DNA of 64,000 nucleotides from Octopus sinensis (Eukaryota). The DNA lies in assembly GCF_006345805.1 (NCBI RefSeq), contig NC_043007.1:31682001-31746000 (forward strand). The letters are read 5' to 3'. Each line of letters starts with the position of its first letter. Within the stretch, counting starts at the first letter, position 1. This document shows positions 38,501 to 49,200 of this stretch, piece by piece. Both the position numbers and the translations under genes were made by a program. A model generated the notes under the pieces. It was not told where the DNA came from and did no database searches. It saw nothing but the letters and a program-made list of their open reading frames with translations.

Positions 38501-41500
38501 CTTATTCTTTGTAAGCCCAGTACTTATTCTATCGGTCTCTTTTTGCCGAACCGCTAAGTGACGGGGACGTAAACACACCAGCATCAGTTGTCAAGCAATG
38601 CTAAGGGGACAAACACAGACACACACACATACATACATATATACGACAGGCTTCTTTCAGTTTCTGTCTACCAAATCCACTCACAAGGCTTTGGTCGGCT
38701 CGAGGCTATAGCAGAAGACACTTGCCCAAGGTGCCACACAGTGAGACTGAACCCGGAACCATGTGGTTGGTTAGCAAGCTACTTACCACACAGCCACTCC
38801 TACGCCTATATATAGACATCTACACATAAAATACAAAATACAAAGTTATATCTTGATATCGCTAGTGATAACAATACTCAAAATATATAACAGACTGGAA
38901 TTGTAGGCCCGTCTCTTGCAATTTCGATCAATTGGATCTTGGCCTCCCTCTTGTATAGAAGTGTACGGCTGCAGTGAAATTCATTTTTGGACTTTCTTCT
39001 CTGGAAGGCATTTTAACAAAAATGTTTCCGTAAAGACGGTGAAAATATTGTCAATTTCCCCAAACAGGGACACAATTCAATTTTAAAACAATAACCAAAG
39101 CCCCTTCTCCGAAAGGGGGAGGGTTACGGTTTACAATTATTTAACAAATGCAACATAACAACATTTCCCTGACGAGGAACCAACAAACGTGATTACAATA
39201 GTCAAACAGTAATAATAATAACAACAAACCTTTTTAATGTATTCCCATTTGTGTGAAACCACTTATTCAAGTTCAAGTCATTGATGCAATTTTATACGAA
39301 TTGCTAATACACACACACATAATAAGGGTGAAAAATTGAATATTAATTTGATTAATATGAATTGAAAACCATTGGTGTAGCATATAAGACCACAGCGGAT
39401 CTTCTTCTAGCAAAAAGGATGACCACTATTAATGGTTCATCCCTGTTATATAATACTTTCATTTTAATAGTTTCAGTATTAAAATGGAAGTGTCTGCATT
39501 ACAATAGAGAGATGTTTTTGTTTCACTTTTAACACATAATACTGAAATAGTGGAGAAGATATGATATTGCTGTGGGGTCACCCTAAGGAAAAAGTTAACA
39601 TTTTTTTTTTGCCAATGACACTCCCCGGACCTTAAGTAAGGCATGTGTAAATTTGAATGAAATTGGTTGTGTAGTTCTCAAGTCTTAGGGAAACACACAG
39701 ACAGACAGACACACATTCTCAGTTTTATATATATATATATATAGATATATACATTAAAACCACATTTAATGTGGTTTTAGAGTCAAGTTTTGGCTGCTAT
39801 TTCCAGCGTGATGGTATCTCTTAGATACCCTAAATTATAATTTTAATAATAATTATTACCTTTGAAGGTTTTTATTCCCTTGCTAGCCACTTGATAGGTT
39901 CGATATTTAAATAACAATCTTATCCTTATTTATATAAATTTATATATATATATATACCCCAAGGAAGGGTATCAAAAAGGGCACTGGACCACTTGAGGGA
40001 CTCCATTCCTTGATTTGCTGCCAAGGTTGACTCTCCTGACAGTTCTCTTTTCCCAAGGCTCAAGGTGATGAAGGTTTGCGCTTGGAGTTTCTTCCATAAC
40101 TTGCTAATTAACCCATAGCCAAGGCCCTGACAGGTGCTAGGAGATGGTTCCACACCCCTCAAAACCCTGAAACTACCAAACCAGGGACCTACCACCAGAT
40201 GCAGTTTAACCCTTTAGCATTCAGATTATGCAGCCAAATACAAGGCTCATTATTGCCAATTCTTTTCAGTTAATTACAAATTATCTCAAAGATTAAAAAT
40301 TTTTATGATGTGATTGTTCGTTTTTTAGAATGACATTGTAGGGTAGGTGCAAGAGGCTTGACCAGACCAGTTTCAACATAAAACAGGTAGAATATTTGGG
40401 CCAGATATGACCAGTTTAAATGCTAAAAGGGTTAAAGTCATACTCAGGACAACTATTAATATTATTAGGTCATTAAGTTGAGTTGTGTGACTTGCTCAAC
40501 AATACTGTTCAATGCTGAAATTTATTTTGAAGATGACTTTGAAAATATTGAAAATAAAGCAAAAACCTTCTATTACCAAAAATGAATAACTTACACATCT
40601 TTCTGGTTGAGTTCATAAAGTGTTTTCATTTCATCAAGTATCTGCCGGATGCAATCCTCCTACAGAAAATAATCACAAAATACAAATAATAAAATACGTT
40701 ATAGTTCAAAGAATTTCACAAAAAAACATTCAATTCTTTATTTTACCATGATCTACATGTCATCATTCTTCTCCTCATTATTATTTGATGTCCATGTTCC
40801 ATGCTGGCATGGGTTGGATGGTTTGACAGTTGGATGTTCAATAGACAGACAGATAGATAGATAGATGATAGAGAGATAGACAGACAGATAGATAGATAGA
40901 TGATAGAGAGATAGACAGACAAATAGATGGATAGATAGATGGAGGGATAGATAGACAGACAGATAGATAGATAGATAACTTTTTTTATTGGCCACAGAGG
41001 GGACAAATACAAATGTAGAACTTTTCTTTTCGAAGATGGAAAAGGAAAAATAAAAATAAAGGAAACAAATGTAAAATTTCAATCAAAAGGAATCGGAAAA
41101 AAAAGCGATCAAAAGGGATCGTGTATCACAGAAAGAAAATATTTATTTTTTTTTTTAAAGTAACAAACAAGATTATTAGGTTCATCCGAGGAAAGAAAAA
41201 CCTACAGAAAAGACCACGGTAACCTCAGGCAGGGAGGAAATAAACACATGAGAGCAAAGTGCTCTCTCTCTCTTACGATTTACAGGATCATGATCAAAAT
41301 GGTTTCGTCACTCGCACGCACCATCTTTGCTACATTCACCCACCTTTTTTTGAAACTTTCACGAGACGAAACCTGCCTTTCCAAGTGGTACTTGAAAAAG
41401 TTGATGACCGATTGGCCATAGAGGTAAGTGTTTGTCTCTAATCCTTTCACTCGAGTCCACCACACACATTCTTTCACCATGGCCACCAGTACAATGAAGA

Positions 41501-44156
41501 CTGCCTTGCCTTCCTGGTTGAGGGAAGGGGGCGAAGCAATGTACACGATAGATTCGGCCGACAGGCGGACTTGTCCCACATGTGACCGAAGCCGTTTGGC
41601 ATAAGCCCACAGGTCCGAAATGGTTGGACACTGCACGAGTGCGTGCAGAACAGTTTTGTCGCTCTGACCGCATCTCGGGTGAGTCAGTCCAGTGTGTCTC
41701 AAACCGAGCCTGTAGAGCTTATCCTGAACAGGTAATGCTTCTCGATAGCACTGCCAGGCCAGGGATCTTTGGTGATTGTCCATAGGTCCTGGCCCGAAAG
41801 TTGTCCTGAACAAGCGAGTCAGGTGTCTCTCGTTGACGCCCAGATTCTGCACAAGAACGTCGTCGCACCTCCCCTCCACTAATCCTCTATAGAACGCCTT
41901 TATTGTAATGAAGTCGCACAAGATTGGTCCCGGACGGCAGAGTTGCTTGAGAGCAAGGTGACACTCACAGTGCCATTCGCCTAGCCTCGGTCTCTGTTTG
42001 ATCCACGATTGTAGTTCAGCCAAGGAGACGAGCTGCGGGAAAGTGCATTGCACAAAAGGCGACCACACCTGTTCACCATCATCTATGAAGCACCGGAGAT
42101 GTCGCAGTCTCAGTACATGTCTGCGCACCATCGACCACAGGCATACCTAGCCCTCCATTTAGCAGGTGTTGACAGCAAATAGATCGCCTAACCATCGGAA
42201 CACTTCCCTTCCACAGGAAGCGGAATAGTATGCGTTCCAGTTTGGTGATGGTAGGGTCGGGACAAGGCACAACGGTACCCGATGACAGATGCGATGTATG
42301 CGTTCACCACCTCCGCCCAACCTTTTAGGGATAGCTTCCTCTCAGCCCATTGCTGGGTGAGAGTGGTTACCCTAGTCGTTATTTCGCCCCAGTTCTTCTC
42401 CATTTGGAGGTCCGGACCGAACCAGACTTCGAGCAATTTAACCGGTCCGTCGGTCCAGTGTCCCATGAAGACGCTGTTGGGTGGCATGGGCTTGCTTCTC
42501 CAGGTGCCGAGCTGCAAGCTCACTGACTTTTCCCAGTTAATTTTTGCTCCCATTACCGCTTTGTATTCTTTTAGTGTCTCGCCGACCAGGTCAATGTGCT
42601 TGTGGCTTGACACTATGATGGTGACGTCGTCCACATATGCAGACATGCTCCTCCCGCATCCCAGCTCTTGTGGGATGCCCCTCAGCGTCGCCAGTTTCCG
42701 CAGTAGTGGCTCAAGAGTCAATACATACAGAAGCGATGAGAGGGGGCATCCTTGACGAACCGAACGCATGATGTTAAAAGGTCTGGATAGATGACCATTT
42801 ACGCGAACTACAGAGCGGATGCCGCTGTATAAGGCAGCGATCCAACCGAAACCAGCCACTTTAAGGCTTTTGATTGATCCAAATTGATCAGCGCCCCACC
42901 CATGCCAGGATCTTTAACTACCCTGTCTATGATGTAGCGCATCCGATAGAGGTTGTCATGGATACTCCTACCTGGCACGGTGCACGTTTGCGCCTTGTTG
43001 ACGAGTTTCTTGATGACAAGTGCCAACCTCTCGGCTAACACCTTGGCCAAAATATTCAAATCTGCGTTGAGCAGAGTGATGGGCCTGAAATTATCTATGA
43101 CGTACCCCTTGTTTGGATCCTTCTTTAGCAGTGCCACTGCTCCTTGCTTTACAAAGGCGGGGATACTCCCGTTTTGCTGCCAGTTGCAGTAGACAGCTGC
43201 CAAGACGCCTCCAAACAAGTCTGGCATATAAAGTTCGAAGGCAGACCATCCAAGCCTGGTGACTTGTGTCTCGCGCAGCCTGCCATCGCATCCCGTACGT
43301 CCGCGGCTGTGATGGATTTTTCAAAACACTCCGCCTCTCTTGCTGAGAGTCGTGGCAGGGCATGCAGGTAGGCACTGAAGTCCACTCTGCATTGTGACCC
43401 ACCACTTAATCCCAAACAGTTGGGTAAAGTATTGTTGAAAAGCCTCACACATCCTTTTAGGCTCGAGTAATTCACGCCCTGTTCATTTGTGTGTAAAAAT
43501 TGGAACAAAATGTGTGCAATAGAAGGTCGAAAAAAGGGGTTACCTGCGGAGTCGATGCGACATCACGTCAGTCAGATAGACAGACAGACAGCCCCTCCCC
43601 ACCGATATACAGTTTACACATATTTATACATGGAGGATTCTTTTTTTTTTATCGCGGGTGTCCCTGACTTGCAGCGTGTGCATGCATCCGTCTAACTAGC
43701 GCGGGTGCACGCGTTAGGTCCACTCTTCTTAAGTAATACCTCTTCAAAGTGCTTTCGTCACCATTTGTAATCGCATCAATGACATACCCTCCACGTCTCT
43801 ATATTATCTAGTGCTAACGAGAGAACGATATAACTTGTCTGTCGTTACTTAACCTGCTGGAAATAACAGCCAAATCTACCTCACACAATATCCTGTCGTC
43901 AAAAAAATAGGGAAGACGCATTAGATAATATGATTTGGGATCTGTTCAGATTTTAGACACCCTCCGAAATATGGGCCACATTTGACCAGAAGTCTTCACA
44001 CTCAAGACAGCCCTGGAGCTAAAGAATAATTAATAATAAAAAAAAAACACCTGGGGTTAATATAAATATAGCTTAACTTACATTGTATGGTGATAAAGTC
44101 CCGCTAGAAGCTCTAGAAAGTTCCTTAATCAGTTCCAAAGCTTTGTTACCCAACAT
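24619..44156 (-). CDS. GINS1: DNA replication complex GINS subunit PSF1, complete, 7 exons, 195 aa
   Basis: Exons (minus): 44156-44082 [25 protein letters not shown]; 40659-40595 [22 protein letters not shown]; 34916-34821 ...[19 protein letters not shown]; 33047-32957 [30 protein letters not shown]; 29000-28884 [39 protein letters not shown]; 27222-27148 [25 protein letters not shown]; 24687-24619 [22 protein letters not shown]. All introns are GT-AG with consistent phases, total 588 nt. Collinear with the PSF1 sequence as I recall it. Confidence 0.97.
26333..26753 (-). mobile_element. SINE family 1 copy with expanded (TA)n
   Basis: Reverse complement of 20688-21078. Confidence 0.85.
26830..27051. 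mobile_element. TTAA MITE family B
   Basis: TTAA|CCCTTCAGCATTCA ... TGAATGCTCAAAGG|TTAA; related copies at about 16547-16752, 29930-30213 and 40210-40431. Confidence 0.75.
27700..28037 (+). mobile_element. (GAT)n-tailed retroposon family 3 with internal minisatellite units
   Basis: GAGTGGTTGGCGTTAGGAAGGGCATCCAGCTGTAGAAA...CCAGCATGGAAAGCGGACGTTAAACGATGATGATG; more than 20 copies or fragments in the window. Confidence 0.85.
28433..28720 (+). mobile_element. tRNA-headed SINE family 4 (GGAGGCACATGGCCTAGTGGTTAG... head)
   Basis: A-box TGGCCTAGTGG and B-box GGTTCGAATC; related heads at about 22600, 49766 and (minus) 51940-52003. Confidence 0.7.
30382..30770 (-). mobile_element. Degenerate 3' end of an RTE-type LINE with (CAAGT)n tail
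   Basis: Minus-strand translation [22 protein letters not shown]...WNKEWLE...[11 protein letters not shown] with stops; terminal CAAGTCAAGTCAA. Confidence 0.75.
35188..35591 (+). mobile_element. Short non-autonomous Helitron
   Basis: A|TCTTTATATATAAAAG start; CCCGAGCAACGCCAGG hairpin then CTAG|T end. Confidence 0.8.
35609..35824. mobile_element. Mariner-type MITE with 29-bp TIRs
   Basis: TA|CGAGGGAGTGCTGAAAAGTTCCTGGCTTT ... AAAGCCAGGAACTTTTCAGCAACCCCTCA (26/29 matching inverted ends). Confidence 0.8.
35825..36208 (+). mobile_element. Short non-autonomous Helitron (same family as 45482-45849)
   Basis: A|TCTCTCTCTATATAAACGGCAG start; CCTGAGCAACGCCGGG hairpin and CTAG|T end; near-identical to 45482-45849. 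Confidence 0.85.
36223..39745 (-). mobile_element. Internally deleted Helitron (Rep and helicase remnants) with nested SINEs, in GINS1 intron 2
   Basis: 5' A|TCTATATA...AAAACTGAGAATGTGTGTCTGTC at 39745; 3' CCGGGCAACGCCAGA...CTAG|T at 36223. Rep HUH motif [14 protein letters not shown] at about 37911-38095. PIF1-like helicase end [14 protein letters not shown]...[13 protein letters not shown]...[23 protein letters not shown]...[13 protein letters not shown] at 36412-36876. Confidence 0.9.
38423..38806 (-). mobile_element. SINE family 1 copy nested in the Helitron (a second partial copy at about 38175-38325)
   Basis: Reverse complement of 20688-21078. Confidence 0.85.
40210..40431. mobile_element. 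TTAA MITE family B
   Basis: TTAA|CCCTTTAGCATTCA ... TAAATGCTAAAAGGG|TTAA. Confidence 0.75.
40843..40978. repeat. (GATA/GACA)n tetranucleotide array
   Basis: Direct inspection; abuts the 3' end of the Tx1-like LINE. Confidence 0.95.
40980..43490 (-). mobile_element. 5'-truncated Tx1/L1-clade LINE (reverse transcriptase region, frameshifted) in GINS1 intron 1
   Basis: Successive frames give [70 protein letters not shown], and a C-terminal [16 protein letters not shown] motif. The 3' UTR ends in AATAAAAAAAG. Confidence 0.92.
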
Positions 44157-44423
44157 TGTCCCGAAATAGAATCGCAACTCATTCAAACTTCTTCCACAGT
44201 TGCCGCCTTTTTTCACGTAACCTCCTCATGTCGCTTAGGTATTAAAGAAAAAGGCAGAATGATTCTCTATAAATTGAAAATTATTTTAAAAGATGAAAAT
44301 ATATGTACTTCGCAATTATATAAGTATTTTAATGAATTTAAATATCATTGAAATTTAGATGTTTTAGAAAATTAATTTACGTTCTAAGCGGCAGGGCACC
44401 TGTTCGTGGCAACAGAATCCAAC
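44157..44423. promoter_or_regulatory. Bidirectional promoter and 5' UTRs of GINS1 and RRP36
   Basis: Divergent start codons are 267 bp apart (GINS1 ATG 44156 minus; RRP36 ATG 44424 plus); repeat-free, with CpG-containing flanks. Confidence 0.75.
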
Positions 44424-46166
44424 ATGGTGAGTCTCGAGTGTTTATCTTTTTTAATTTTCCTTCTTTTAATCGTATTTCTTGTTTAAATACACAAATCTTT
44501 TCGAAGATTTTAGGAAACTTGATAACTATAGCGTTCAACCTTCGTATTTGTATACATGTTAAAAACCATACTTCAAAATCGAATATAATTAGCAATCAAA
44601 ACTTCCTCAAATTACGACTTAAAAAGATGCTCTTAGATACACCTTAAGAGATGGGGTGGTCACGGATGGAATACTCAGTCATTCGTAGTTGATCTAAGAC
44701 TAAACAACATTTAGTGCATTATACGGCGATGTTATATTAATGATATTGCCATATTCTGTGTCATATTTATAAATTCATCAATAAAAGAAGTTTATATTGC
44801 TTAACGATTTGTTATTGCCATACTGAAGTTACATTTAATCGATCAGTATTCTGTGAAATAAAAAGGTACGGTGGGGGGAATCTTTTACTTCAAAACATTT
44901 AGTGAACCGTAATATAAAGCAGCTTTTTCTTTCTTTTCATGGTTTACCTTGCTTACCTTTAACTACCAAAAGGAAACCGTTCGGAAAGGTATGTATTACA
45001 TTCAAAATACTTATATATTAGTACTTTCTTATTAACGACATACAATATATATATTTTTTACCAAAGGATTAGAAGGCGGGTGTAATTGTTGATCGGCGGA
45101 CTTTCGGAATAGCCATCACTACCCCATAGAGAAAGAAAAGGATGAGGAATCGAATGATTGCTCTATAGTTTAATTATTAGTTGTCGATAATAGGAAAGTA
45201 CCTAAAACTTTTTATGTCATTTTCATCATTTAAACATTTATTTGATTTTTTAATATGTAGTTTCATGCTTTGAAAACACGGTGGTCGGACAAGCTTGTAT
45301 AGCGTGCCGTGTGATTCCAAGCAATCTCTGAGACTCAAATATATAACGTGGCTGCACTAACTTGTTTTCACTGTATGAAACTAATAGTAAATCGAAATTA
45401 AATCCCGTGTGTATTAAATGATATTTATCTCTCATTGGATGGAGTACTTTATTTGTTAATCTCACCAATACCAGAACAGTATCTCTCTATATATAAACGG
45501 CAGTTTGTGCGTTTTCTGTGTGTCTGTTTTCTCGTACCCTCACTCTGACCACGGCTTTCAACCGATTCTGATGAAACTTGACACACACATAGCCCAATGT
45601 CATAATTCAAAACTAACGCAGCGAAAATTTTGAAAAGTTCCCCCAGTTCTGAAAAAAATCGATAAATTCGACATGGGGTCGAGAATCAGAAACCCAAACC
45701 ACAGACCGTCTAGGGGACGCAACTCCACCTTTTTTAACTCAAAAAAAAAATTACCATCATTTTTTTGCTATTTTTTGGCTATAACTCTCTAAAAATGCTT
45801 TATAGTTATTTCCCTTACAATCCTGAGCAACGCCGGGCGATACTGCTAGTATATATATATAATCAACATCATCGTTTAACGTCCACGTTCCATGCTAGCA
45901 TCGGTTGGCCGATTTGACAGGACTGGTGAGCCAGAAGGCTACACCAGGCTCCAACCTTGATCTGGCAGAGTTTCTACAGCTGGATGCCTTTTCTAACACG
46001 AACCACTCTGAGAGTGTAGTGGGTGCTGTTACGTGCCACCGGCACGAGGGCCAGTCAGGCAGTACTGGCAACGGCCACGCTCGAATGTTTTGTTCACGTG
46101 CCAGTAAGGCAACACTGGTAACGGTCACACTCAAATGGTGCTTTAATGTATATATATATATATATG

Positions 46167-46204
<38 letters not shown>

Positions 46205-49200
46205 CACACACACCATTCAAATGTACAGAAAACAAAAGACAGGGACAAGTAAGAAAGTAACAAGCCGGTGTATTAGTTTGATACTCAGAAAAAATGCAAA
46301 AGTCTTTGAGGTTTCAAACCTATATTCTTCGATATACATATATATAAGAATAGGCTACGATGGATTAGCATCCTGTTTGAAGACAAGGACTGTATTCTCC
46401 ATTACTTACATTCCATGGAAACTGGAATGAGCTCCAACTTAAGGTCCTGCAGGCTTTAGACTGTTTAGGATTAAAGGTCCTCTAAGATTTGTGAGGGAAA
46501 AGGAAGGAACTCGTGTGCTGCAGTACAAAACAGTGCACTAAGCTATTGGTTATCTTCTGACTGGAGACCTTATCTGGATGCTTGTAACAGAATGGACTCT
46601 TCCAGTTATGCCCAAGGGCATGTATCATGCAGGGGGTGGCAGGTTAAACCAAGCGACAAAATAAATATGCCTGGCAGGTTTCTCTCATTTGTATAGCTTG
46701 GGGCAATCCTAAGCTATGGTAGGAACCTTGCACTGGAATTGAACACAAAACCATGTAGTTTGGAAGAAAACTTCTTGACCACACCGCCACATCTGTGCCT
46801 ACCATTTTTACAAATAAAAGTAATAATAAATATAATCAATTTTAATTGAAACTAGTTTATTTTAAACTTTGTTATGAAAGTCAACTTTATGAGTTTAAAT
46901 GTGTGGGAAATATTTTGTTACTCTAAGTTATTGAAATCGTAGCTATATACATTTTTTTTTGTCTTTTTTATATATTTTTTTTAATTTTGTAACTTCATTG
47001 ACTTATTTAATTAAAATATAAAATTTCTCATTGTCATTATTCTAGAATTGTCTGAAATGAGTTTTGAAGAATTGCAGAAACTTAAAAGCAAAATTGGAGT
47101 TACAATGTAAGTAGTCATAATAATTGTACCCTCACCATCTCTCTCTCTCTGATTCATTCTCTCTCTCTATCTCTTTCCAGGAGAATGAAAGTGAGGAAGA
47201 GAGAGAAAGAGTGTGTGGAAAGCTGTGTTCACCCATTCAGCCAGCCAACTTTTCTGTCTCTCTATCAAACTTTTACTTACTTCAGTCAGTTAAGGGATCT
47301 TGTCTTGCAAACACCAAGTGACCCCACTGGTGCTGGTGCCATCAAAAATAGCACCCAGTACACTCTGTAAAGTACAGAAGGGGGAGTGCTAAGTAGTGAT
47401 AAGTAAAATTGACTGATAGTAAACATTACAACTCTATAAAGTGATTGACATTATGAAGAGCATCCAGCTGTAGGAGCCATGACAAAGTAGGTGTACAAGT
47501 TTGGTGCAGTCCTCTCGCTTGTCAACTCCTATCAAACCATCCGACTCATGTCAGCATGGAAAAAGGGATCTTAATTGATGACATATTGGTATTTAATAAA
47601 AAGGTGTTGGAAGTCTTTTGAAGTGATTGATTTGGAGTATATAATTAATTTTCGTTTTCATTTGTAGCTTATCAAGAGAACACAGCGTCTTTATTCGCTA
47701 AGGTGGTTCAGTTATAAACATCATTGAAAACAGTGTTTTTATATTTAGTTGAAACACTAAAGTAGTATATTCCTGTTAGTTTAACCCTTTCATTACCAAC
47801 CCGGCTGAAACCGGTTCTGGCTCTGAGTACAAATGTCCTGTTTTCATAAGTTTAAAATTAAAGTCTTCCACCAAACCTTAGTCAGAATTTATGTTCCTAA
47901 CACCAGCTGAATGATAACTAAGTCATTTTACTAAATTCTTTGTTATAATTAAAGTAATAAATAGAAACATAGAGCATCTCAAAATAAATACAGTAACGAA
48001 AGGGTTAAGAAGAAAAATAATCAGCAGAATACATAAGAGGAGACATCGTTGTGGTCACTCTATATGCTAGAAATAATAGCCTAGATTTCCTTCAATCCAT
48101 ACCCTTCTAATTGCTTCTAATGTATATCTGACTAAATGTATAAGTGTGTTTAACCCTTATGGTACCAACCTGGCTGAAACTACCCTGGCTCTGAGTACAA
48201 ATGTCTTGTTTTCATAAGTTCTGAATTAAAATCTTCCACCAAACCTTAGTCATAATTTATATTCCTAACACTAGCTTAATGATAACTAAGTTATTTTACT
48301 AAATTTTTTGTTATATTTAAAGTAATTGAAAGAAACCTGACAGAGCATCTCAACAGAAATACAGTAACGAAAGGGTTAAAGAAATAAAGAGAACAGGAAT
48401 GGTTTCCATGCTTCTGCCATAGCATTGTATTTTCTAACTCATTTGCGAGCTTTTGATGTTATAACATGTATATATCTTTTCTCTGTTAAGATTTACTTCA
48501 ATATCAATAAGGTAAACAACTTCAAGTAAAAAAATAAAAATAAGTATTTTGATGAAGTACCAGTCATATATTGGAGGTGGGCTGGTCAGTTTACTCAACT
48601 GTATCACCCTCTCCCAGAATTTGTAGTCTTGTGCCTGTGTTAGAAATCAATATTTACTTCTGCTGTATTTATTTTGATATTTAGGTTTAATAAAATCTAT
48701 CGCAAACACAAAAGAAAGACGAAGAAAGAGAAGAAACCATTGACCAAAAACCAGTAAGTATGCGGCTAAGGTTAAGCATTTTCAAAAGCAAAAATAAATT
48801 ACTTTAGCAATCTGTGTATCATACTTAAAGCAGATACATTGTTGAAAGCCTAATTTACTGTGGTATAGTAACTCTTATATATGTACAATGTTAAAAAAAA
48901 CAACAAATATACCAATCATAGACGAAAATTATCTGGCAGAGATGGTGGCATTGCTAAATGTGCATTTCTGCATCTTTGGGCTTCATCAGTAGAAAATATC
49001 CACTGGTAACTGCATGCTGAAACAAAATCAGCCGGTGATTAAAAAGTCACTGGTGTCACAATTAGGTGACAGGCTACGTAGATTTTGTATTAATTAAATG
49101 CTATTCTCAATCATTTTGTTAATTAATAATGAGTGTCATATCACTGATACAGCTCTTTATTCCAATTATTCTATCGTTAACAGACCATTGGAAATGTCCT

